NCBI GenBank assembly: GCA_043812155.1
Contig: JBDRMK010000017.1
Coordinates: 146,509 to 210,508 of the forward strand
Origin: Patescibacteria group bacterium
GTDB taxonomy: Bacteria; Patescibacteriota; Patescibacteriia; JAXHNJ01
Reading direction: 5' to 3'
DNA length: 64,000 nucleotides
Shown piece after piece: positions 9,602 through 19,085 of this stretch. Within the stretch, counting starts at the first letter, position 1, and the number at the start of each line of letters is the position of its first letter. The position numbers and the translations under genes are program-made. Below the pieces are notes generated by a model. The model was not told where the DNA came from and ran no database searches. It was given only the letters and a program-made list of their open reading frames with translations.

Positions 9602-10741
9602 ATGTTTAAAAAACTATTTTTAATAATCTCACTCATTTTTTTCCTCCTGCCTTTGACCGGCCAGGCCAAGGAAAAAGCGACTTTTTATTACGGCTATTCG
9701 TGCCCCCACTGCAAAAATGTGGAAGAATTCATAAAAGACAACAACGTGGAAAGCCGGCTGGACGTTAAAATTGATAAAAAAGAGATCTATCTCAACCGCG
9801 ACAATGCCAGCGCCTTCCAAGCCATCTGCAGTGATTTTAATATTCCCACCAACCAAAGAGGCGTGCCATTCTTGGTCTGGGGCGACCAATATTTTCTGGG
9901 CGACGCGCCGATCATCAGTTTTCTGGAAGATAAATTAAAGGAAACTGACGGCCTTCAAAATAATAATATCAACACTAGCCAAGAAAAAATCTACAACCTT
10001 CCCTTGATCGGCAAAGTGGATCTCGGGAAATTTTCCCTCCCGGTTCTTACTTTGGTCGTGGGAGCGGTTGACGGCTTCAACCCCTGCGCCATGTGGGTCC
10101 TGGTTTTTCTGATCGGCGCCCTTTTAGGTCTTTCAAACCGCAAGAACATGTGGCTTATCGGCCTGACTTTTATCGGCGCCTCCGCGGCTGTTTACTATCT
10201 ATTCCTGGCCGCCTGGCTTAATTTATTTTTGTTCATCGGATATATTAGAATCGTGCAAATCATCATTGGCGCTTTAGCTTTATTTGTCGGCGCTTATTAT
10301 TTAAGGGAATACTGGCAAAAAAGAGGGCAGACAGAGGCGGAGTGCAAAGTCGTCAAAGGCGAAAAAAGGACAAAAATTATCGGCCGTATCAACCAGATCG
10401 TGGAATCAAAAAAAATCTTCTACGCCCTGGTCGGCATCGTGGCTCTCGCTTTTGTCGTCAATCTTATAGAACTCGCCTGCTCCATTGGTTTACCGGCTAT
10501 CTATACCCAACTTTTAACCTTGAATGATCTGCCGAAATGGCAGTATTATCTTTACCTGTTTTTCTATATCATCATCTTCATGCTGGACGACATGATTATT
10601 TTTACGGCCGCCATGCTGGCCGCCAAAGCGACCGGATTAAGCGGCAAATACTCTAAATTCTCCGAGCTTGTCGGCGGCCTGCTAATTTTCCTGATCGGCG
10701 TCTTACTGATCTTAAGGCCGGAGTGGCTGATGTTCGGTTAA
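9602..10741 (+). CDS. Glutaredoxin/thioredoxin domain fused to a CcdA/DsbD-like membrane domain
   Basis: CPHC and GVP in the N-domain; DGFNPCAMWVL and ELACS in a multi-TM C-domain. Confidence 0.8.
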   Translation: MFKKLFLIISLIFFLLPLTGQAKEKATFYYGYSCPHCKNVEEFIKDNNVESRLDVKIDKKEIYLNRDNASAFQAICSDFNIPTNQRGVPFLVWGDQYFLGDAPIISFLEDKLKETDGLQNNNINTSQEKIYNLPLIGKVDLGKFSLPVLTLVVGAVDGFNPCAMWVLVFLIGALLGLSNRKNMWLIGLTFIGASAAVYYLFLAAWLNLFLFIGYIRIVQIIIGALALFVGAYYLREYWQKRGQTEAECKVVKGEKRTKIIGRINQIVESKKIFYALVGIVALAFVVNLIELACSIGLPAIYTQLLTLNDLPKWQYYLYLFFYIIIFMLDDMIIFTAAMLAAKATGLSGKYSKFSELVGGLLIFLIGVLLILRPEWLMFG

Positions 10742-10770
10742 TATATTACATTATATTTGATTATTTTTGT

Positions 10771-10878
10771 GAGAAGAACAGACCCCCAGGTCTGTTCTTT
10801 GAATATTAATTAACAGCTAAAACCTTGAAGTCTTAGCTTCTATTTAGGAATAGAGCGGATTCTGAATCCGCTCTTCTC
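10771..10878. repeat. Inverted pair of GAGAAG-foot REP-like palindromes
   Basis: gagaagaacagacc-ccc-aggtctgttct and agagcggattctgaatccgctcttctc. Confidence 0.7.
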
Positions 10879-10899
10879 TGAAAAAAATGACAACTAACC

Positions 10900-10928
10900 T
10901 TGCCAACCCTAAAAATTTCTCTTAAAAT
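10900..10928 (+). promoter_or_regulatory. sigma70-type promoter of the candidate sRNA
   Basis: TTGCCA-17 nt-TAAAAT. Confidence 0.5.
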
Positions 10929-10934
10929 ATAAGT

Positions 10935-11158
10935 TACCAACGCCTCTATCTCTTGCGGAGTAGTAGGCAGGCCTAAATTCGCCACCCTGAAGCGTCCAAA
11001 TCGAGGGAAAAGAAAGGGTTTATCGGGTGATGCCATTATGAAAATGTTCTTCTTCGCGACGGAGGTCATCGCCACCTAGGACAAGACGAGTCCGTTAGAA
11101 GTGGTATGCGGAAATTCCGCAGACCTTCAGGGGGATCCTTCGGGATTCCCCCATTTTT
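10935..11158 (+). ncRNA. Candidate stand-alone structured ncRNA (~220 nt), family unidentified
   Basis: Promoter upstream, plus-strand terminator (gggggatccttcgggattcccc + T-run), long-range stem ccctgaag..cttcaggg, no convincing ORF. Confidence 0.5.
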
Positions 11159-12435
11159 TATTTAACAATAGAAAACCAACTCGGCAGCCAGGCTCTTAAA
11201 TTTAAGGTGTCTTGCGAGATTTCTTGTCCGGTCAAAACCGGCCAGAAAAAAATAAAGGAAAAAAACACTAGCAAAAGATATCCGGTGATAATGACTTTAT
11301 TCCTTTTATTTTTCTGCCAGTGATCATTCAGGAGATAAATAAATATCAGCCATAAAAAAGGCGCCGCCGGAAGAAAATGATAAAGGAAAAGAGAACGTTT
11401 GATAAAAATAAAAGGCAGAAAATGAGTAAGGAAAATCAATAGAAGAAGATTTATTTTTCTGTCCCTGAACAAATATTTTTTTATCGCGTAAAGGGCGCCG
11501 ACAAGACTCGGCCACCAAACTAATGGATTGCCTAGCTCAACTATCACTTTGATCTTATTCCCGGCTTTTTCAAAAAAATATGGGAAAGGCTGAATATCCA
11601 AAGGCCAGCTCCAAAAAGGAGAACCGTAAGTATGGACTTCCGTGATATTTTCGTGATAAGTGAGAATTTTATAATTTTCATACCAGGTGATGGCTTTGGT
11701 GGCGGTTAAACCGTAATGAATCTGCCAGACGAGAAAATATAAAGAAAAAGGAATGACAATGAAATAAAGAATGAAATAATACCCTGGTAGCCGAATATTC
11801 GGCAAAAAATTTATTATATTTTTTAACGCGGTATTCTGCCACCATTGAGTCTGATTAAGCCACAAAATTAAAATTGGCCCCAAACCGGCTAAGGCCAACC
11901 ACTTAGTGGAAATACTTAAGCCAAAAAATATCCCGGCCAATATTAGAAATAGATGCGCTTTTTTGAAAGTATTACTGCCCAGAAAACAAAAAAACAGGAG
12001 ATAAGCCAGTAAAATAAAGAAGGAGTAAATAACGTCCAGGCGCGCCATTCTAGACTGGACTAAAAACAAACCGTCAAAAAGAAAAAATAAGGAGAAAATC
12101 AGAGGGATAAAATAATTTTTAAAAATTTTCCTGGCCAGCAAATACGCGAGGGGAATCAATAAACTGCCGAATAAAGCGGTAAAAAAACGCCAGCCGAAAG
12201 GCGTGTCGCCAAAAATCTTCATTCCTGAAGCGATGAAGAACTTGCCTAAAGGCGGATGAACATCATGGTAAAAAGTATGGCTTAAATAATGGCGGCCGAA
12301 ATCCACAAAATAATGCTCGTCGGAAACGATTTTCGGAGGCGTGTCTAATTGGTAAAAACGGGTAAATAGCGCGACAAGCGTCAGCGCCAAGATCAATATT
12401 AGATCCCATTTATGATTTTTTAGGCTCATGAACAC
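11158..12435 (-). CDS. Protein O-mannosyltransferase (PMT/GT39 family)
   Basis: DE.YF, DVHPPLGK, GWR, H.YGS..WSWP, GNP..WW and FLYHFLP motifs. Confidence 0.9.
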   Translation of the reverse strand: MFMSLKNHKWDLILILALTLVALFTRFYQLDTPPKIVSDEHYFVDFGRHYLSHTFYHDVHPPLGKFFIASGMKIFGDTPFGWRFFTALFGSLLIPLAYLLARKIFKNYFIPLIFSLFFLFDGLFLVQSRMARLDVIYSFFILLAYLLFFCFLGSNTFKKAHLFLILAGIFFGLSISTKWLALAGLGPILILWLNQTQWWQNTALKNIINFLPNIRLPGYYFILYFIVIPFSLYFLVWQIHYGLTATKAITWYENYKILTYHENITEVHTYGSPFWSWPLDIQPFPYFFEKAGNKIKVIVELGNPLVWWPSLVGALYAIKKYLFRDRKINLLLLIFLTHFLPFIFIKRSLFLYHFLPAAPFLWLIFIYLLNDHWQKNKRNKVIITGYLLLVFFSFIFFWPVLTGQEISQDTLNLRAWLPSWFSIVK

Positions 12436-12559
12436 ATTATATCTCTTTTACGCCAAGATAATAAACCCTTGCCAAAATTGAAAAAGTATGGTTAAATGAT
12501 AAACTTAACAGATAAGAAGACGGTTATACCCAAAACTTAGTATTTATTATTATGACGAA

Positions 12560-14245
12560 ATGAGCGAAGAAAAGAAAAATTTCAATCAATTTGCCGCGGA
12601 ATTCCAAGATAAATCCCGGCCGGCCCGGGCCTACGGCCGGAATTATAACGCCGAAAAACCCCTGCGGAATAATATAAAAGAGCTTATTGTCGCTTTGCGC
12701 AAGAACAGATATTCAGACTGGCAGGACCCCAAAATCCCGAAAATCCATGTTTCTTCCACGATTTCCCGCATGGCTTTTTTATACGAAAAAATCCGGGTGG
12801 CCATTGATTATAAAGACGAGCATCTCTTGCGGAAAAACGCCATTGAAAGGATCCTGAAACGCTGGCTTTTAGAAGGAAAGATCGAAACTTTTGATATCCG
12901 GACTTTGATCATGGAGCTGGTCCGGGGCGGCTATTTAAAAAACGACAGCGTGCCGGAAAATGTCGTTTTTGAAGTTAAGCAGATTTTGGAAAAATACTTG
13001 AATTTAATGAAACAAAGCTCGTTCCTGAAAAAAGGCGAAGAACGCTACGCCTTAAACGAATGGATCCTAAGCCTGCTTTCGGTGGAAATTGAAAATCATT
13101 TTTTTCCGGCTTATGAAGACCAGGCCTTGATCGAATACGCTTATTCTCTCCTGCACGATAAGGTGGCCGTTTCCGAGGAAGACACCGACGAAAAAACGAA
13201 GAACACCCAGCTGTATATCGCCATACAGCGGGCGGTCATGAAGTCAGACGACGCCTTGATCCGCTACGGTCTTTTTAAGCTGTATTATCCCGACTGGGAA
13301 ACCACTGATTATTCCCTCGTAACAGAGATAGCCGGCCATATCGATGCATTAAAAATAACCATTGAAAATCAAATAAATCATCCGATCGGCGGTCTTATTT
13401 ACCGGCAGGTGAAAAAATATATCATTCTTCTGCAAATCCTCAAAGACATCATCAAGGAAAATCCGAGCCGGGCCGAAGAAATATTAAGCAATCCGAATCT
13501 CTTGCAGGAAAAAATCGTCAAGGCCTGCGAGATACGGTATAAAAAAGCGCGGACAAAATTAAGCCGCAGTACTTTCCGCTCCGTTATTTATATTTTGCTA
13601 ACTAAGACCGTTCTCGCTTTTGTCTTGGAACTGCCTTATGATGTTTTGATCTACAATACGGTGCACCTGACCGCCTTGATCACCAATATCGTCTTTCACC
13701 CCTTGCTGCTTATTTTTATCGCCGCTAATATATATATTCCCGCCAAGAAAAACACGGAAAAAGTGGTCGAGGCCATCCGCGGCATGATCTATGCCGACGA
13801 AAAAGAATTCATCTTCGCCATTTTCAAAAAACCGATCAAAAGAAGAAAAGGCTGGAATTTCGTTTTCAATCTCCTTTATCTGTTTGTTTTCACTATTTCC
13901 TTCGGAGCGATCATTTATGTCCTGCGCCGGTTTGAATTCAACGCCGCCAGCATCTTCCTCTTTCTCCTTTTCCTGTGCGTGGTCAGTTTTTTCGGCATCA
14001 AGAACCGCGAAACCATGCGCGAACTGATAATCATCGACAAAAAAAGAGGCTTTATCGGCTCACTGCTTGATTTCTTCACTCTGCCGATCATCCGGATGGG
14101 CCGCTGGCTTTCGGTCAAAGCGCCGAAGATCAATGTTTTCACTTTTGTCCTTGATTTTATCGTAGAGGCGCCGTTTAAAATTTTCGTGGAAGTGCTGGAC
14201 GAATGGATGAACTTCATTAAAGAGAAAAAAGAGGAAATCTACTAA
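12560..14245 (+). CDS. Conserved hypothetical membrane protein
   Basis: 561-aa ORF with YEKIR.AIDYKDEHLLRKNAIERILKR N-terminus and C-terminal TM helices. Confidence 0.75.
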   Translation: MSEEKKNFNQFAAEFQDKSRPARAYGRNYNAEKPLRNNIKELIVALRKNRYSDWQDPKIPKIHVSSTISRMAFLYEKIRVAIDYKDEHLLRKNAIERILKRWLLEGKIETFDIRTLIMELVRGGYLKNDSVPENVVFEVKQILEKYLNLMKQSSFLKKGEERYALNEWILSLLSVEIENHFFPAYEDQALIEYAYSLLHDKVAVSEEDTDEKTKNTQLYIAIQRAVMKSDDALIRYGLFKLYYPDWETTDYSLVTEIAGHIDALKITIENQINHPIGGLIYRQVKKYIILLQILKDIIKENPSRAEEILSNPNLLQEKIVKACEIRYKKARTKLSRSTFRSVIYILLTKTVLAFVLELPYDVLIYNTVHLTALITNIVFHPLLLIFIAANIYIPAKKNTEKVVEAIRGMIYADEKEFIFAIFKKPIKRRKGWNFVFNLLYLFVFTISFGAIIYVLRRFEFNAASIFLFLLFLCVVSFFGIKNRETMRELIIIDKKRGFIGSLLDFFTLPIIRMGRWLSVKAPKINVFTFVLDFIVEAPFKIFVEVLDEWMNFIKEKKEEIY

Positions 14246-14394
14246 GTTATCGGTAATACACCGCAATTAAGGAAAAATCAGCGGTTTTTTGTTTACATAT
14301 TTTCCTGATGAGTTATAATAAAAAATAGGGTAATGCTAATATATGCGTCAAAAAACTCCTTTAAATAATTTTATTATTAAAAAGGAAAAAAATT

Positions 14395-15402
14395 ATGGGC
14401 AGAAAATTAATCAGTATTATCGCGACGGTTATTGTTTCCGTGCTGGTCGGCTCAGGAATAGTTTATGCGGCTTCGGTGCGTAACATTACCACGACTTTAG
14501 GCGGAGTGGCCGGCGACTATTTTAATCTGGACGGGATACTAACGGTCAGCACGCTGAAAGTCGGCAGCCAAGGAGTAGGCGGCGTCACTTTTTTCAACGG
14601 CTCGATCGTGAACAACACGACAACGGCAGGCTTAGACAATCCGGTTACTTTCGGCGACAACGTGAGAATTGACGGCCGTATTTACCGCGGAGCGACGGCC
14701 GGACCTGGCGACACAATGCCCTTTATTGTCAATGATGATATGGAAATCAAGGGCAATTTAACTCTCAGCACGGGAAAAACGCTCGACTTATCCGGCGTAA
14801 CTGTCAGCGGTTTAGATAATTTTGCCGATCTCGGCCAAGCGGAAACGATTACGGCCAACTGGGTCAATACTCAAAATCCCTGGTCTTCGGCTGAGATCGC
14901 TGATATTACTCGAAGAGTCGCTTTGCCCTTGGCCAGTTTCTATTCGGATGCAGACGGCACCCCTGCCGCCATCACCACGACCACCGTGCCGAATCTCGCC
15001 TATACCGCCAATCAAGGCTTGTCTCTGGTTTACTCGGCCACGGAAACCACGGATATCGGGACGCAATTTACCGTGCCATCCGATTACGTTTCGGGCGGCA
15101 TTTTCAAAGTGTTGGTTGATACCTCCGCTATCCTTGTCGCAGATTTAAATCTTGATTTTAAGGTAGCCATTTCCCAAACGACAGACACAACCGCCTGGGA
15201 TACGGACATGGATGATGAGGATCCGGTTGATATTACCGGCACGGCCGGCACGCCAAAAATCGTCACTCTTACTCCGACCGACCAAACTGACATATCCGCC
15301 GGCGACACGATTTTTTTAGACTTGTTTCCTGATACTTACGGAGCGGCCGAGCCGGATTTGGAAATCTACGCCGTGTGGTTTGAATATACCGCTGTGCAGT
15401 AA
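14395..15402 (+). CDS. Secreted beta-rich fibre/adhesin-like protein, paralog 1
   Basis: Signal peptide ending VYA; GGVTFFNGSIVN..PVTFGDNVRIDGRIYRG segment shared with the next gene. Confidence 0.7.
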   Translation: MGRKLISIIATVIVSVLVGSGIVYAASVRNITTTLGGVAGDYFNLDGILTVSTLKVGSQGVGGVTFFNGSIVNNTTTAGLDNPVTFGDNVRIDGRIYRGATAGPGDTMPFIVNDDMEIKGNLTLSTGKTLDLSGVTVSGLDNFADLGQAETITANWVNTQNPWSSAEIADITRRVALPLASFYSDADGTPAAITTTTVPNLAYTANQGLSLVYSATETTDIGTQFTVPSDYVSGGIFKVLVDTSAILVADLNLDFKVAISQTTDTTAWDTDMDDEDPVDITGTAGTPKIVTLTPTDQTDISAGDTIFLDLFPDTYGAAEPDLEIYAVWFEYTAVQ

Positions 15403-15516
15403 AAAATTAGGTTTAAATAAGAACAATCTTTAGGTCTTCGGGCTTAAAGATTGTTTTTTTATCACGATTATTATACAATGTAATCAATATAAACTTATTA
15501 TTAAGGAGGAAATAAA

Positions 15517-16284
15517 ATGAAAAAAATTTTAAGTGTCATTATCACGATCTTTGTCTCAGTTCTTATCGCCTCGGGAGTAGTCTATGCCGCCACGCGCAAC
15601 ATTACGGCCACCTTAGGCGGCGCTTCCGGCGACACTTTCCAGCTTTCCGGCGTTATGACGGTTAATTCCTTAAAAGTCGGGGCCCAAGGCACGGGCGGAG
15701 TCACTTTTTTCAACGGCTCGATCGTGAACAACACGACAACGGCAGGCTTAGACAATCCGGTCACTTTCGGCGACAACGTGAGAATTGACGGCCGTATTTA
15801 CCGCGGAGCAATCGCGGGGACAAGCGATACTCTGCCGGTAATCATTAACGATAATCTGGAAGTGGCCGGCGCCATTTCTGCCAGCAGCTTAACTGTTAAC
15901 GGAGTTTCTGTCGGCACGAAAAAAACCTATGAAGGCACTATCGATCTTACGAGCAGCGGCGATGAAATCGTCAGTATAGATACAGGCAATACTTGTTCAC
16001 CGGACACCAATACCAAATATTACAAATATCATTATAAAAAAATAGCCATCCCGGAAATTTCGGTCAGCAACCTCCCTAACCTCCGCGCCTACTGCCACGC
16101 CCACGCCGACAGCGGAATGGCCACAATGCTTCCTAATAGCCGAGACGTTTGGGTCGGCTGCAGTTTATATTACGCCGAAGGTTATGGTTATTTACTCTAC
16201 AAATACGAAAGCGAAACCTGCGCCGGCAGCGTCTCCTCGACTTACTATTACCTCGACGGACAATATAAAATTATTATTTATTAA
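15517..16284 (+). CDS. Secreted beta-rich fibre/adhesin-like protein, paralog 2
   Basis: Same N-terminal module; unrelated Tyr/Cys-rich C-terminus. Confidence 0.7.
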   Translation: MKKILSVIITIFVSVLIASGVVYAATRNITATLGGASGDTFQLSGVMTVNSLKVGAQGTGGVTFFNGSIVNNTTTAGLDNPVTFGDNVRIDGRIYRGAIAGTSDTLPVIINDNLEVAGAISASSLTVNGVSVGTKKTYEGTIDLTSSGDEIVSIDTGNTCSPDTNTKYYKYHYKKIAIPEISVSNLPNLRAYCHAHADSGMATMLPNSRDVWVGCSLYYAEGYGYLLYKYESETCAGSVSSTYYYLDGQYKIIIY

Positions 16285-16425
16285 TAAAATATTCGTTTAG
16301 AAAAGGTCATTGCCTTGACAGCTGTTAAGAATTGCTGGTATAATATATTTATGATTTTTAATTATTATAAATAATAATATTTGACGCTTGGTTTTTTTAA
16401 GCCAGGCGTTTTTAGGAGAAAAAAT

Positions 16426-17469
16426 ATGCTTAAAATTGACGATTTATTCAAAGAAGCGGTAAAAAGAGAGGCCTCCGACCTACATCTTATCGCCAATATG
16501 CCTCCGATATTAAGAATTGACGGGGAGCTGAAAAAACTTAATGAGTATCCGGTCCTAAGAACAAAAGACGTGGAGGATCTCTGCTACAGTATTATCTCCC
16601 CTAAACTCAAGGATACCCTGATCAATGACCGGGAATTGGATGTCTCTTACGAAATAAAAGATGTTTCCCGCTTCCGCGTTAACATGCTCTGGGAAAAAAA
16701 TTGTTTGAGTATGGTCGCCCGCGTCATTTCCACTAAAATCCCGACTATGGAAGAACTGAAGATGCCGAATATCGTTTATGAACTGATCCGGCTTAAACAG
16801 GGTTTGATCCTGGTCACCGGCCCCACCGGCTGCGGCAAATCCACTTCGCTGGCCGCCATGATCAACCTGATCAATAACGAAAGAACCTCCCATATCGTCA
16901 CCTTAGAAGACCCGATTGAATTTATTTTCTCGCCCATCAAGTGCATCATCCGGCAAAGGCAGCTCGGTTCGGACATGACGACTTTCGGCCAAGGCTTAAA
17001 GCATGTCTTGCGCCAGGACCCGAACGTGATCATGGTCGGCGAAATGCGCGACCTGGAAACCATCGCCTCCACTATCACTCTCGCCGAAACCGGACACTTG
17101 GTCCTGGCGACATTGCACACCTTAAACGCCGCCCAGACCATTGACCGTATCATTGACGTGTTCCCTCCTTACCAGCAATCCCAGGTGCGGCTGCAAATTT
17201 CTCTGTTCTTGAAAGGCATTATCTCCCAGACCCTTCTGCCGAAAGTGACCGGCGGCCGCATCGCCGCCCGCGAAGTCCTGATCAACACGCCGGCCATCTC
17301 CAATCTTATCCGCGAAAATAAGATCGCCCAGATAAAGACCGCCATCCAGACCAGCGCCGAGGAAGGAATGTTCACTATGGACCAGGATGTCAAAACCCTT
17401 TATGAGAAAAAATTGATCAGTGAGACCATCGCCTTAACGCACATGGTTAATCCGGAAATGCTAAAATAA
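16426..17469 (+). CDS. pilT: Type IV pilus retraction ATPase PilT
   Basis: ASDLHL, GPTGCGKSTS, LEDPIEF, RQDPNVIMVGEMRD, ETGHLVLATLHT. Confidence 0.92.
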   Translation: MLKIDDLFKEAVKREASDLHLIANMPPILRIDGELKKLNEYPVLRTKDVEDLCYSIISPKLKDTLINDRELDVSYEIKDVSRFRVNMLWEKNCLSMVARVISTKIPTMEELKMPNIVYELIRLKQGLILVTGPTGCGKSTSLAAMINLINNERTSHIVTLEDPIEFIFSPIKCIIRQRQLGSDMTTFGQGLKHVLRQDPNVIMVGEMRDLETIASTITLAETGHLVLATLHTLNAAQTIDRIIDVFPPYQQSQVRLQISLFLKGIISQTLLPKVTGGRIAAREVLINTPAISNLIRENKIAQIKTAIQTSAEEGMFTMDQDVKTLYEKKLISETIALTHMVNPEMLK

Positions 17470-17475
17470 TTAATT

Positions 17476-18432
17476 ATGGTGGACGTTAAACTCATAAAAA
17501 ATATCCCTGTTTTTGCCGGCCTTTCCCCGGAAGAGCTTAATTCGCTTGCTTCCCTCTGTTTGCTTAAAAAAATGGCGGTCGGACAAAAACTTTTTAAGGC
17601 CGGCGAAGGCCGCAAGAATTTTTATGTTATCCTTTCCGGCAAATTAAAGATTTACCGCCTGCTTAAAGACGAACAAGAAGTTATTGCCTATATGGACAAA
17701 GATAATTTTGCCGTGGAAAGCGCCTTGGTCGACCCCGGATTAAAACACACTCATTTCGGCGAAGTCATGGAGAAAGGGGAGATCTTGGAAATGAAAGGCA
17801 GTGATTTTCTTAACTTGTCAAAGAATAACCTCCGCCTGGGAAATAAAATTTACGGCAATATCGTGAATAACCTGACGGAACGGCTGCACCACGCCAACAA
17901 CAAGCTCGTGACCGTATATTCCACCGGCAAGATCGCTTCTACTTACGCCAATATCTATAACTTATTGCCTCTGCTTTTGGAAACAATTCTTTCAGTCATT
18001 AAAGCAAAAAAAGCCTTTTTCGCCCTTTTTAAACCTTTTGAAAATAAAACCGTCATCCAGGAAGCGATCGGTTTCAGCAACAATCAAGCAATAAAAAATT
18101 TGAACTTGGGGCTGCGCGGCGAGCCTTTTTTGGGAAAAATTTTTGAAAACGGGGAAGATATCTTTGTTACCAGTGAGGAAGCGAAAAAAAACAAAGAATA
18201 TAAATTGCCCTATCTGGGCGAGAATGCTCTTGCCGTAAAGATCCAAACCGGACAAAAAATCCTTGGCGCGATTGTTCTGGTGGATAAAAAAGAGGAAGAC
18301 TTTAATTTCAACAATCAAATTCTTCTTAATATAATCTCCCGGCAGATCGCTACCGCTCTCCAGACCGCGGAAAAAACCGAAGACCAAAGCTCACATGAAG
18401 AGCTGAAAAGAGTATATATCAAGCCCTATTAA
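17476..18432 (+). CDS. Cyclic-nucleotide-binding plus GAF domain protein
   Basis: IPVFAGLS.EEL..L, LF..GE...FYVILSG.LKI; C-terminal GAF (LGAIVLVDK..FN....LL..IS.QIA.AL). Confidence 0.75.
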   Translation: MVDVKLIKNIPVFAGLSPEELNSLASLCLLKKMAVGQKLFKAGEGRKNFYVILSGKLKIYRLLKDEQEVIAYMDKDNFAVESALVDPGLKHTHFGEVMEKGEILEMKGSDFLNLSKNNLRLGNKIYGNIVNNLTERLHHANNKLVTVYSTGKIASTYANIYNLLPLLLETILSVIKAKKAFFALFKPFENKTVIQEAIGFSNNQAIKNLNLGLRGEPFLGKIFENGEDIFVTSEEAKKNKEYKLPYLGENALAVKIQTGQKILGAIVLVDKKEEDFNFNNQILLNIISRQIATALQTAEKTEDQSSHEELKRVYIKPY

Positions 18433-18521
18433 ACTCAGATTAAATACTATACGCGAAGGTCGAAGACGGATTGATCCGTCTTGATTTTTTTTATAATATT
18501 TGTTAGAATTTTAACACTTAA

Positions 18522-18593
18522 GCGCCTATAGCTTAATGGATAAAGCTCTGGTCTTCGGAACCAGCGATGAGGGTTCGATTCCCCCTGGGCGCA
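18522..18593 (+). tRNA. tRNA-Arg(TCG), no encoded CCA
   Basis: Cloverleaf GCGCCTA/TGGGCGC; anticodon arm ctggt-ctTCGga-accag; GGTTCGATTCC. Confidence 0.9.
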
Positions 18594-18618
18594 AATATAA
18601 ATAGTAAATACTAGTTTA

Positions 18619-18697
18619 GTTCGCCCTGAACCACTGAAGGGTTCAGGGCTGCCGTGAACTCTTTAGTAGTTCACGGCGAATCCCTCCGGGCGCACCA
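18619..18697 (+). pseudogene. 3' fragment of a tRNA-Arg with CCA, T-loop interrupted by two 27-nt hairpins
   Basis: gttc[gccctgaac..gttcagggc t gccgtgaac..gttcacggc]gaatccctccgggcgcacca. Confidence 0.8.
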
Positions 18698-18713
18698 TTG
18701 GCAAAAGTTATAC

Positions 18714-18763
18714 GGGCGCATAGCTTCAGCCCGAGGCTGACCCGCCTTGGGCGGGCAGCTGGT
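18714..18763 (+). pseudogene. 5' fragment of tRNA-Lys with a 30-nt double-hairpin insertion in the D arm
   Basis: gggcgcatagct[tcagcccgaggctgacccgccttgggcggg]cagctggt; flanks identical to the intact tRNA-Lys 5' end. Confidence 0.8.
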
Positions 18764-18803
18764 CTCCCTGATCATAAAAATTAATATAATATAGATACAT
18801 TTC

Positions 18804-18877
18804 GGGCGCATAGCTCAGCTGGTTAGAGCACCTGCCTCTTAAGCAGGGTGTCGGGGGTTCGAATCCCTCTGCGCTCA
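18804..18877 (+). tRNA. tRNA-Lys(CTT), no encoded CCA
   Basis: Cloverleaf; anticodon arm cctgc-ctCTTaa-gcagg; GGTTCGAATCC. Confidence 0.93.
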
Positions 18878-18917
18878 CTTTTAAAAACAGAGCATAAGCA
18901 TTATTAAGAAAAAATTA

Positions 18918-18984
18918 GGGGGTTCGCTTGCCCGCCGTAGTCTCCCGAAGGGAGACGAAGGCGGAAATCCCTCTGCGCTCACCA
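18918..18984 (+). pseudogene. 3' fragment of tRNA-Lys with CCA, T-loop interrupted by a 39-nt palindrome
   Basis: gggggttcg[cttgcccgccgtagtctcccgaagggagacgaaggcgga]aatccctctgcgctcacca. Confidence 0.8.
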
Positions 18985-19085
18985 TTTTAATAATAAATTA
19001 ATATTTTCCCCGCCAAACTGGCATTTTTTTTAAAATTTTTTTTATAATATAATTATCTATTTTTAACAAAAAATAAAATAATATT

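Noticed and set aside
11095-11155. Group II intron domain V/VI look-alike
   Set aside because: No AGC/CGC catalytic triad or proper bulge; the second hairpin is better explained as a terminator.
18600-19000. Intact prophage or integrative island at the tRNA genes
   Set aside because: No integrase or phage genes; only 10-40 nt separate the tRNAs from their duplicated fragments.
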